Positions 37,698-46,314 of a stretch of DNA of 64,000 nt are shown one piece after another. The notes under the pieces were generated by a model. That model saw only the letters and a list, made by a program, of their open reading frames with translations. It did no database searches and had not been told where the DNA came from. Location of the stretch: IMG/VR virus record IMGVR_UViG_3300014697_000001, positions 96,001-160,000 of that record. One strand, 5' to 3'. Position numbers and translations under genes: made by a program. The stretch's first letter is position 1; each line of letters begins with the position of its first letter. Source of the DNA: a virus. Its lineage: Duplodnaviria; Caudoviricetes.

Positions 37698-38735
37698 TTA
37701 CCCCTTAAAGATAATGTTTGATGTCGAACTGCGACCCGAAAGATACCGCAGCGTGTGTTTGAGTCCGCCGCAACGATTTCCTTGCCAGGGAAGGCGATGA
37801 CAGTCACCACCACAGAGATCAAAGACATCGCAGTGCGTGCAATTTGGATTGAAATCCAATTCTTTTACGATTTCATTAATACGGCCCTCGGACATAAGAA
37901 ATTCATCAGCCGTATTCTCGATGTGAGCATGGCGATGTTCTGTCGCCATGTTAGGACATCCACCCAATGTACCATTTGAGTTTATGGTCACAAGGTTCTG
38001 TTCACAGTTTCGACAGTTTGTGTCGGTCTTGACCAGATTCTGTTTTAGTTTCTTGAACAGGATGTCAAGTGTCTGGATAGTGCAGGCCGGTTTTCGCTCC
38101 TGGTATCGCTTAGCCAGTGCCAGATACCACTCATCTTGTTCTGTGTTATCTGGAAATATCGCCGGATGCCAATGGGTATTCCCGCCAATGGTCAAACGTT
38201 CCAAGGAGATGGCATCTACCCCAAAGGATTCGAACTGATCCAGCACCCAGTCGGCGCTGGACGCTACCAGCTCTTTACTGACGGATACTTTCAGATAAAC
38301 AGTAAACCCTCGATCTTTGAGGATCTTCACGTTCTTACGCCACAGAGCTATCTGTTTCTCGTTGTCCCATCTGATCCAGTGATCCCAGCTAGTACCTATG
38401 GTCTTGTTGAATCGCCGCTCCATGAAGGAAATGATGTCATCGGTTAGCTTGAATGTCAGATTACTGTTTCCACACATACTGACGTTCTGCATGTCATCGA
38501 ACTTACTGGCAAAGTACTCCAGTTTTTCGACAGGAACCAGGAAAGGTTCACCGCCATGGTATTCAAGATGTACGTGTGTACCGGGGTCGTAATGTGACAT
38601 GAAGTCTTTGATCCATGTCGCAGTGGCATCGGGATCAAATTGCGTTTTATCGCCGCTCTTGCCGTTGGTGAAGCAGTGATCACAATTTAGGTTACAGGTC
38701 CCGGTGGTTTTGACATAAATCGTTTTAGATGACAT
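37698..38735 (-). CDS. radical SAM/SPASM peptide-maturase-like protein
   Basis: VKTTGTCNLNCDHC, YHGGEPF, CRNC...GGCP, CTHCDVFDLCGGDC...C. Confidence 0.9.
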   Translation of the reverse strand: MSSKTIYVKTTGTCNLNCDHCFTNGKSGDKTQFDPDATATWIKDFMSHYDPGTHVHLEYHGGEPFLVPVEKLEYFASKFDDMQNVSMCGNSNLTFKLTDDIISFMERRFNKTIGTSWDHWIRWDNEKQIALWRKNVKILKDRGFTVYLKVSVSKELVASSADWVLDQFESFGVDAISLERLTIGGNTHWHPAIFPDNTEQDEWYLALAKRYQERKPACTIQTLDILFKKLKQNLVKTDTNCRNCEQNLVTINSNGTLGGCPNMATEHRHAHIENTADEFLMSEGRINEIVKELDFNPNCTHCDVFDLCGGDCHRLPWQGNRCGGLKHTLRYLSGRSSTSNIIFKG

Positions 38736-38736
38736 T

Positions 38737-39258
38737 CTATAACTTCTCGATGATGAATGACTCAAGACCGATGCTTAGCATCGTGTTCTCGGTGATGTTA
38801 ATCGCTTCATGAGGATAGTGGGCGGGCATTTGCATGACGTCCCCTTCATGTAACTCTATCGAGCATTCGGGGTTGCGAAACACCTTGATCCCAGACAGAA
38901 GAACAACCACGACCGTGTCCGGATCAGTGTGCAGTGGAAAACTGGCACCGCCGGCAGGGGACTTGAACAGATGGCATGTAACAGGTCCCTTATGCCCCAA
39001 GTGAATGGCTAGAGTGTTGCATCCTTCAAAGAATGCCCGGTTTAGTTTTTCAATACCTTCTATCTTGATGACAGGCTCCAGGAGCCTGCTGTAAAGATTG
39101 GTGATGCTGCTTGCAACATGCCCTTGGTGTGCGGCGTCGATGTATTTGATAATGCCTTGCTCGTAAGAGTATGGACTTGACAATATGTCGTCGAACGGCA
39201 GTGGGGCGTTGAGCAATTCTGCAACACCTGGTGTATCGCGTTTTAATCGAGTGAACAT
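38737..39258 (-). CDS. JmjC/cupin-4 (ribosomal oxygenase-like) 2OG hydroxylase
   Basis: FPLHTDPD...LSGIKVF...LHEGDVMQMPAHYPHEA; GAGG RBS before ATG 39258. Confidence 0.8.
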   Translation of the reverse strand: MFTRLKRDTPGVAELLNAPLPFDDILSSPYSYEQGIIKYIDAAHQGHVASSITNLYSRLLEPVIKIEGIEKLNRAFFEGCNTLAIHLGHKGPVTCHLFKSPAGGASFPLHTDPDTVVVVLLSGIKVFRNPECSIELHEGDVMQMPAHYPHEAINITENTMLSIGLESFIIEKL

Positions 39259-39272
39259 GGCTAACCTCATAG

Positions 39273-39301
39273 CTAGGAGGGCTATACAATAGCCCTCCTA
39301 G
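39273..39301 (-). terminator. hairpin between tail-fibre-like genes and the cluster
   Basis: CTAGGAGGGCTAT-nnn-ATAGCCCTCCTAG, followed on the minus strand by CTATG. Confidence 0.65.
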
Positions 39302-39314
39302 TATAATTATAACG

Positions 39315-40754
39315 TTAACTCCACTGAGCAGGCCATATCTGGCGCCACACTCCACCGATGTAAGCCTGCAGCGTACCACTGACCTCACGCAACGAGGTAG
39401 AAACCGAACTGTTGACCATGACATACCGGCTGTCGTGATCGCCCGCCAGGATGTGGTCATGCATAGCACCTGCCAACAACAGAGTCGCACTGCTGTTGAC
39501 GTTACGTTCCCGCGACACCTCATTCGGAATGTTGCTCAGTCCGACTTGTGTCTTGGTCACCGCGTGCGGGTTGTTCAAGTTACTTACGTGGGTGTTGAGC
39601 AGTGCTCCAGCCTGGAACGTAATCGCTTCTTTGGTCCGCAGGGGGGTCATGAAGCGTGTGGACAACGTACCGGCCTCAGCTTCCGTCTTAGTGGCGGTAC
39701 TGTAGTTATCCACACTGCCCAGACCCACTTGAGCCTTGGTGACACTGTGTGGATTACTTACGTTGGCGGCGTGCAGTACATACGCATCACCCACCTGAGC
39801 GGCAATCGCAGCTTTAGTCACAGAGGCGGTCATGTACTTGTCGGTTGCCGTACCACTGACTCCCTCTGCGGAGCTGGCAGTACCATAGTTCAGTACATTG
39901 CCCAGACCCACCTGGGCCTTGGTCACGTTATGTGGGTTGGTCTTGTCGGCAATGTGGGTGTCCACTGCTTCTTTAACCAACTTGGCGATCAGCAAAGTTG
40001 TGGTGGCTGGGGTCATGTAGCGGGTGGGAAGTTCTCCAGCCAATGCCTCAACAGACGTGGCTGGTGGGAAGTCCTCCACCAAGCCCAGCCCCACCTGAGC
40101 CTTAGTCACCGCGTGTGGATTGGCCTTGTCCGACACGTGCGTGAACAGTCGAGCATCCACTGCCCGAATCTCGGTTTCAAGATCATCACGAATGGTCTGC
40201 ATCTGCATGCGCAGTTCATCGTGAGATGCTTCGTCACCCACCAGGATTGCATTACGAATACTTTCTAGCTGAAATACCACGTACTCCCAGCCATAGGTAT
40301 CGCCAATGTCATGGATGTGGGGTGCCGCAGGATATGCCAGAGGACGACCAACCAACGACCCCCATTTAACCGGACGCTCATCCAGATCAAGGGTGTTTAT
40401 CAGGTCGATCAGGGCGTTCATGTTCCATGAATATTCGCCACCGACTACCTGATAGTCCATGCTGACAATAATGGGTACATTGGTCTTTAGCAAAACAGCG
40501 GATTGGACGTCTTTACCAGTGCGCAGGGCGGCCTGTTGGAAGGGCTGACACAGAACGTAATCGTCTACTGGGCGAAGAACTTCACCGGTCTCAGTATTGG
40601 TCAGTACCATGCTTTCGGTATAGAACGGCCCTGCTGCGGGCACAAACGCACGCTCACGTGTGTTGGTGATGCTTCGAATTTCGCCCACTATCCGGTTGGT
40701 GGGCGATGTCCCAAGCTTATCCAGTGGGTAGGTGATGATCGGAAGATTAGCCAT
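39315..40754 (-). CDS. tail fibre-like structural protein (phiKZ gp145/146-like)
   Basis: four H-x5-NPHxVTKxQVGL repeats; C-terminal GGVWRQIWP. Confidence 0.75.
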   Translation of the reverse strand: MANLPIITYPLDKLGTSPTNRIVGEIRSITNTRERAFVPAAGPFYTESMVLTNTETGEVLRPVDDYVLCQPFQQAALRTGKDVQSAVLLKTNVPIIVSMDYQVVGGEYSWNMNALIDLINTLDLDERPVKWGSLVGRPLAYPAAPHIHDIGDTYGWEYVVFQLESIRNAILVGDEASHDELRMQMQTIRDDLETEIRAVDARLFTHVSDKANPHAVTKAQVGLGLVEDFPPATSVEALAGELPTRYMTPATTTLLIAKLVKEAVDTHIADKTNPHNVTKAQVGLGNVLNYGTASSAEGVSGTATDKYMTASVTKAAIAAQVGDAYVLHAANVSNPHSVTKAQVGLGSVDNYSTATKTEAEAGTLSTRFMTPLRTKEAITFQAGALLNTHVSNLNNPHAVTKTQVGLSNIPNEVSRERNVNSSATLLLAGAMHDHILAGDHDSRYVMVNSSVSTSLREVSGTLQAYIGGVWRQIWPAQWS

Positions 40755-40796
40755 GTGGATATACTCGATGTCTGTCAGAGAGGACTAGCCTCTCCA

Positions 40797-43079
40797 TCAG
40801 GAGAAGATAACGGTGAGAGAGTCTAGCACCGTGCTGATTTCATCAATGATCACATTGGTGACATCGGTCATGTGTTTCGGAGTGATCATGACCTCGTTCG
40901 ATTCACCGGCCATAGCCTGATCGTCAGAGGCAATTCCTCGACCCAGTGTTACGGGCGTGAAATTGACCACATCGACGGGGCGGAAGGGAATCAGATCGTT
41001 TACGCTGGAAGGCGCTGTCTGAGGTGCCGGGGTCATTCGTTTATATGATAGTTCAGTGACGTCAACACGATTTCGAGGCGATGGCGAATGGAGCCATATT
41101 TCTACTGCAGCGGAATTGTCTGCACCAACCTGACGGTAGCCGAGTTCGAACATACCAGATAGCGAGGTATTCAGGTACCTCGATTCTGCGGCAGATACCT
41201 GCATCACCTGTTCGCCATTGACGTTCTCCATAGAACACGACAAGGTGGCCATAACTGTGGGGTTGATGTGAAACTCTAGCGAATCATTGTCCCGCCCACC
41301 TGTAAACAACAAGGTGGTGTCGTATGTCAGCCCCACGTCAATAGCTTGATGAATGGTACCGACCTTTACCCAGCTGGACTGTTGAACATTACCGCTGTCA
41401 TCCCCGCTAAAGTTAGGGATCTCAGGGAGGCTGAATTGGATCTTGCTGTCTGTGATCCCGCTGCTGACACTGCTTTGAATCTCGGCCAGGGTGAGACCAC
41501 CCAGTTTATTAGAGTTTGCAGAAGTCCCGGCCAAAATCTCAGTCGTTGCCTGAACAAAGGTGCGCCCTTCCAACTTCAGCGCATTCTGCATATCCAGGCT
41601 TCTGATACGGCTTTCTAAGCCAGCCTGATCCATTCCGAATACTTTCAGCGCATCAGCGGCTTTCTCACCTACACCGAGTTTCTCAGCCAGGGCAATATCC
41701 ATGTACTGGATACTGTAAGCCCCTACTTGCTCTGCTGTAACCCGATGAGGGTTGTTGTAGTCTGTCGTATGTGCTCCCGAGCTGCCATCCCCTACCAGCG
41801 CGTTGATGGCTTGTCGAACAGCCAGCGGGGTCATGAACCGATCGGTCCGAGTACCATCTCTGGCATCGGTTTCAGTAGCGGTACTGTAGTTGTCTACGTT
41901 ACCCAGTCCGATTTGTGCTTTGGTCACCGCATGGGGGTTATTCGACGAACTAACGTGGTCATTGATCTGAGGGGTGATGGTTTCGGTAACAACCATCCGC
42001 ATCAGTCGCGGCGTCATGACACCTGAATCATCAGTACCCAGGAGCGCCGCAGCGTTGGTAGCAATGCCAATGTTGACGACGTTCCCCAGACCTACTTGTG
42101 CCTTGGTGGTGCTGTGGGGGTTGTTCTTGTCCCCGGCGTGCGCATTGAACGCGTCGCCAGTAATGGCCATGATGGCTTCACGCACCCGTAGAGGGGTCAT
42201 GTAGCGTGCGTTACTGGCACCTGCTTCAGCTTCCGCTGTAGTGGCGATGGCATAGTTCTGTACGTTACCCAGACTGATTTGTGCCTTGGTTACGGCATGG
42301 GGATTCGTCTTGTCGGCAATGTGATCATTGAGTGCGGCTGTAGCCACTGCATCGATCAGCTGCTTGGTGCGCAGAGGCGTCATGAACCGATTATGGGCCA
42401 CACCATCGGTAGCTTCTACAGGCGAGGCAGTGGGGAAGTTATCCACCAGCCCAAGACCGACCTGAGACTTGGTCACTTCATGTGGGTTGGCCTTGGAGTC
42501 GACGTGACTGGACAGGCCGCCTTCATTCTTCTGCTCAATCGCAGTGCTGATAGTACCCAGTTGATCGACCACCTCGCTCATGCCGACAAAGTCATCAACG
42601 TTGAAGTCATGGTTCACGACCGGGAACTGGTGCGGCAATTCCACCAGTTGCTCCCAGGTGGCAATGCGCGGGTTGTAAGCTACGTTGAGCAATAGCTCTG
42701 ACATCGCCTGGTCATTGAGAACCCAGTCGCCGCCGAGGGTCTGCAATTCCATCCGCAGTTGACCTTCCAGATTACGATCATAGAAGGTGATGGCACCGTA
42801 GACCGGCTTTCCAATGGTATGCGATGCTTGGGTGAAATGATAACCGAAGTTGTAGTGTATTCCTTCTTTCAGCAGAATACCTTGGGCTGGATTGTTAGGG
42901 TTAGTACCTACAGGATAAAGGTGAAGCTTTGCCCCCTCGGCATAGAAAGGACTGACCCGGGGAACGACGTAATAGTGGTCGAACAAGCCCCGCGACTTGA
43001 TCGCTTGAGTTTCGACTACCTGGTTACTTTTAGCAAGCCCCGTCGGATCGAAAGGGTATTGTGGGATGACAGTACTCAT
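40797..43079 (-). CDS. tail fibre-like structural protein (phiKZ gp145/146-like)
   Basis: five NPHx(V/T)TxxQ(V/I) repeats; N-terminus (YPFDPTG) paralogous to neighbour (YPLDKLG). Confidence 0.75.
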   Translation of the reverse strand: MSTVIPQYPFDPTGLAKSNQVVETQAIKSRGLFDHYYVVPRVSPFYAEGAKLHLYPVGTNPNNPAQGILLKEGIHYNFGYHFTQASHTIGKPVYGAITFYDRNLEGQLRMELQTLGGDWVLNDQAMSELLLNVAYNPRIATWEQLVELPHQFPVVNHDFNVDDFVGMSEVVDQLGTISTAIEQKNEGGLSSHVDSKANPHEVTKSQVGLGLVDNFPTASPVEATDGVAHNRFMTPLRTKQLIDAVATAALNDHIADKTNPHAVTKAQISLGNVQNYAIATTAEAEAGASNARYMTPLRVREAIMAITGDAFNAHAGDKNNPHSTTKAQVGLGNVVNIGIATNAAALLGTDDSGVMTPRLMRMVVTETITPQINDHVSSSNNPHAVTKAQIGLGNVDNYSTATETDARDGTRTDRFMTPLAVRQAINALVGDGSSGAHTTDYNNPHRVTAEQVGAYSIQYMDIALAEKLGVGEKAADALKVFGMDQAGLESRIRSLDMQNALKLEGRTFVQATTEILAGTSANSNKLGGLTLAEIQSSVSSGITDSKIQFSLPEIPNFSGDDSGNVQQSSWVKVGTIHQAIDVGLTYDTTLLFTGGRDNDSLEFHINPTVMATLSCSMENVNGEQVMQVSAAESRYLNTSLSGMFELGYRQVGADNSAAVEIWLHSPSPRNRVDVTELSYKRMTPAPQTAPSSVNDLIPFRPVDVVNFTPVTLGRGIASDDQAMAGESNEVMITPKHMTDVTNVIIDEISTVLDSLTVIFS

Positions 43080-43222
43080 GAGTTACACTCTCCGAAGAGG
43101 AATCTCCACCGGCATCGACTCTATTTGACAGGGCCTGAACGGTCGACGTGTTTGTAAGAACTATGTTTGACAATATTATTCATCAAACAACTGGCATACC
43201 ATTATTGCCTGGGGAGCCGAAA

Positions 43223-44482
43223 ATGTACGAATACCAATACGCCATGTTGAAGCACCGGCTGCCCAATGTGCGTTACGAAGAAAAAGATATCCGTGATCTG
43301 TCAGTCAAAACCATGCTTCAGACCTATGCCGAAGTCTACCTTGTCGTGACACATCCGGCCCTGGAAGGTAAGCACACCCTGCGCCTGCATGACGCTGAGG
43401 CCCTGCTCGTCCCGGTGCTAGATACCGTCACGGTAGTGCAGTGGTTGATCGATAACGCCAACACCACGCTACCTACAATCCCCGGCGAACCCAAAGTCAA
43501 GCAATTCGATGCACTGGCACGAGACATCTGGCAGGCGGGTTTTAAAGCCGATCTTTGCGTGGCCAAAGGTTCGCCATTTAACGATGCGACCGACTATGAC
43601 AAACCTGATATCTGGCTGACTCGGGACGACACTGATTATGTTGACCTGCAGCGTCATTGCTTGGCTACGGTCAATGGTCTGGTGCATCGATTGGATGCAG
43701 ACCGCGATGGGGCCTACATCAAGGACGGTGGCGTGACGTTCCGTAAAACACAGAATGCCATGCTTGGCCTGATCAGTTTCAAGAACATTGGTCGGGTCCA
43801 TACGACCAGCATCACACCGGAGATGGTCTATCAGCCCAACCCAACACGCCTGTTGTCGGATCAGTTCTACTTGAAGTTGCCTTTCGACACCACGAATAAA
43901 GTGGTCGGGATTGTCATCGGTGGGTATCTGCACCTGGCCAGCCGAGACGTTAAGGTGACCGGACCCCATACACTACGGGTGGACATGAACCGCATCCCGT
44001 TCCTTGAGCGGTACATGGAATCGCGGTACCTTATCAATCAATCGGCACTGGAACGGTTTCATGAAGTCAGTCCGACGAACCCCACCGATTACGACCTGCA
44101 GAACTTCCACTCCAATGAATGCATGTTGGAACTGCTGGGGCTTAGCCAGTCGTTTGTAGTGGCTATCGAAACAGATCACCTGACCGTCGACACCATCCAA
44201 ACCAGTCGGACGTTCCTACCCGGTCGCTTCTACCTTGAAGGCGAGGTGCCACTCTGGCCCTTGAGGACTCAGCTTGGTTTACTGCCCTCCTATATCAAGG
44301 AGGAAGAAAACAAGGTCTGGGTTCTACGCACTGACAATAACCTGCACCAGCATCGGTTGATGGACACCTACAACTATCGATGGCAACCCAAGGTAGATGA
44401 GAAGCGGATCTCAGCAGAGCCGGTTACATTCCACCGTGGCGAGTTGGTCAAATGGTCGCACAGTGAAATAAAAGTCAGTTGA
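43223..44482 (+). CDS. putative virion structural protein
   Basis: GGGGAG RBS before MYEYQY; CLATVNGLVH and VIGGYLH motifs recalled from phiKZ-like proteins. Confidence 0.6.
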   Translation: MYEYQYAMLKHRLPNVRYEEKDIRDLSVKTMLQTYAEVYLVVTHPALEGKHTLRLHDAEALLVPVLDTVTVVQWLIDNANTTLPTIPGEPKVKQFDALARDIWQAGFKADLCVAKGSPFNDATDYDKPDIWLTRDDTDYVDLQRHCLATVNGLVHRLDADRDGAYIKDGGVTFRKTQNAMLGLISFKNIGRVHTTSITPEMVYQPNPTRLLSDQFYLKLPFDTTNKVVGIVIGGYLHLASRDVKVTGPHTLRVDMNRIPFLERYMESRYLINQSALERFHEVSPTNPTDYDLQNFHSNECMLELLGLSQSFVVAIETDHLTVDTIQTSRTFLPGRFYLEGEVPLWPLRTQLGLLPSYIKEEENKVWVLRTDNNLHQHRLMDTYNYRWQPKVDEKRISAEPVTFHRGELVKWSHSEIKVS

Positions 44483-44494
44483 GACTGGAGATAT

Positions 44495-45145
44495 ATGAAC
44501 ATACTAACCACAGCGGCGGCATTTCGCCGCCGCATGAATCCCGCCCTTATCCAACCGGTCAATTGGTGGAAGCTCCAAACTGACCTGACCGATACTGTAA
44601 ATCAAACCCAGGCAGCTGGCTCTGGAACATTGGCATTCAGTACGGTACTGGGTAGAAAGGCTGTTCGCTACAACGGCAGCTCCTACATCACACTTGGCAG
44701 ACTTTCACTCAATAGCCAGATAGGATGGTCCGTTAGTACCTGGTTTAACCCGGTTAATTTCACAGGCTATGCACACCTGATTAATAGCATCAATACGACC
44801 CTTTTTGGGTTTAAGGTGGCCAAAGACGGCGATCCCTCTGCCAGACGGTTATACTTGTTTGCGGCGCCTTCTTCCATCAGTCAAGTGGCTCCAGGCGACC
44901 ACCTCATTGCAGGACGCTGGTATTTCCTAACTGCCACGTATGACGGTGCAATCCTTCGACTCTACATTGGCGATAAGTTAGTAGGTCAATTCACCACGGC
45001 CATCGGGCCAATCAGTGACACCATGAGGTCGGGTACCGGCAACGCAGGTAAGGAATTTACCAATGGCTATCAATCCGATCTAAGGATCTACGACAGGGCT
45101 CTGACCCCTAGTGAAATCACAGCGATCATGGCACTTCCCCAGTAA
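44495..45145 (+). CDS. LamG/concanavalin A-like domain protein
   Basis: WSVSTWF, WYFLTATYDG..LRLYI, SDLRIYDRALT..EI. Confidence 0.85.
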   Translation: MNILTTAAAFRRRMNPALIQPVNWWKLQTDLTDTVNQTQAAGSGTLAFSTVLGRKAVRYNGSSYITLGRLSLNSQIGWSVSTWFNPVNFTGYAHLINSINTTLFGFKVAKDGDPSARRLYLFAAPSSISQVAPGDHLIAGRWYFLTATYDGAILRLYIGDKLVGQFTTAIGPISDTMRSGTGNAGKEFTNGYQSDLRIYDRALTPSEITAIMALPQ

Positions 45146-45156
45146 TTGTCGACTCA

Positions 45157-45190
45157 GCATAGAGGAGGGCAGTTGCCCTCCTCTTTATGC
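45157..45190. terminator. bidirectional hairpin, CATA...TATG type
   Basis: GCATAGAGGAGGGCAGTTGCCCTCCTCTTTATGC. Confidence 0.75.
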
Positions 45191-45191
45191 G

Positions 45192-45455
45192 TTATGGAAT
45201 GTCCATGTCACTGGAACCAGTTGCCCCGTGACCGCAAGTGGCCACACTACCGACCCGTGTCACAGGGACACCATCGATGGTCATCCATGGACTCGCTGAC
45301 GCAATTGCAGGACCGCTATGAGGAGCTTTCCCGTGTCCAGCTACCGCATCCCCTAGCAAGGAGATGGGTTTGCCATTCCATGTCCAATTCGATGCACCCG
45401 GACCGGTAATCACCGCACCTGCACTGTCCACCCCGACCAGAGATACAATACCCAT
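45192..45455 (-). CDS. PAAR-domain spike tip protein
   Basis: 87 aa; GKPISLLGD...HG...H, GVPVTRVG...CGH. Confidence 0.85.
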   Translation of the reverse strand: MGIVSLVGVDSAGAVITGPGASNWTWNGKPISLLGDAVAGHGKAPHSGPAIASASPWMTIDGVPVTRVGSVATCGHGATGSSDMDIP

Positions 45456-46252
45456 TACGATACCCCTTTGAAGTTAGGCGTCTTGAGGGTAGTTCCACTG
45501 GATTGTAATGTGAACACGCTCCCACCACCATTGAGTGTGATCTTCTTCGCTTTCACATCGACATTCTGATCAGCCGTAAAGGCGATGTTCCTCGGTGCGT
45601 AGGCATTTATGTCTTGCTTGTTCATCTCAAAGAACGTACCGAGTTGGTTCAGTACCTTGTAGTGAATGTTCTTGGAGTCAAACAGGCAGCTATTGCCTAC
45701 GTTATCCTGAAGCACCACTCGACCATTACCCATGTCGAACTGGAAGTCATAGGTGCAGAACTCCCCATTCTTTTGACTGGTAGAGAGTGTAATGGTCTTG
45801 GCGTGACTGCTGATCTCGATGAAGTACATGTTCTCTGGAATGCGCCCATCAGCATCGGGGTCGGCATTGCCCGAGATCCCAATGACCACGGTCTCCAAGC
45901 GCCGCAGTTTTTCATCCTTGGCCATGGATCGCCAGTAGTACTGGTCGTTGCCCGCCATCTGCCACAGCTCGACCATCTCGCCTCGCTGGATATCGGGAGG
46001 GGTGAGGCGGTTACTGTCAGGGAGCCAGATAGCAGGTAGGTCAGTGGCTACAAATGCGGTACCTGCTTGGACATTACCCGAACTGTCTTTGACCTCGTAC
46101 TCCATTTCGTCGACTTTATCGACAATCTCCCCATCCATGAAGGGCATCTTCTCATGGGGCGATACCAGCAATTCGTGGGATTTTAACTTCTTGTTTTCAG
46201 CCGCAGTGCCAATGGCCACACAGCGAAACATACTGACGGTGTTGTCAAACAT
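45455..46252 (-). CDS. baseplate central spike (gpV/gp5-like)
   Basis: TPPDIQRGEMV OB-fold-like segment, beta-rich C-terminus, directly upstream of PAAR. Confidence 0.7.
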   Translation of the reverse strand: MFDNTVSMFRCVAIGTAAENKKLKSHELLVSPHEKMPFMDGEIVDKVDEMEYEVKDSSGNVQAGTAFVATDLPAIWLPDSNRLTPPDIQRGEMVELWQMAGNDQYYWRSMAKDEKLRRLETVVIGISGNADPDADGRIPENMYFIEISSHAKTITLSTSQKNGEFCTYDFQFDMGNGRVVLQDNVGNSCLFDSKNIHYKVLNQLGTFFEMNKQDINAYAPRNIAFTADQNVDVKAKKITLNGGGSVFTLQSSGTTLKTPNFKGVS

Positions 46253-46314
46253 ACCCACCTCATTAAACGAAAACATAAACGACTTATTCTACAGAATTGG
46301 GGAGCAATGCCAAT

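Noticed and set aside
26331-39258. Cluster interpreted as DNA base hypermodification or 7-deazaguanine pathway
   Set aside because: No recognisable queC/queD/folE/dpdA, glycosyltransferase or nucleotide kinase; SPASM-type C-termini and the adjacent repeat protein favour a protein substrate. Not formally excluded.
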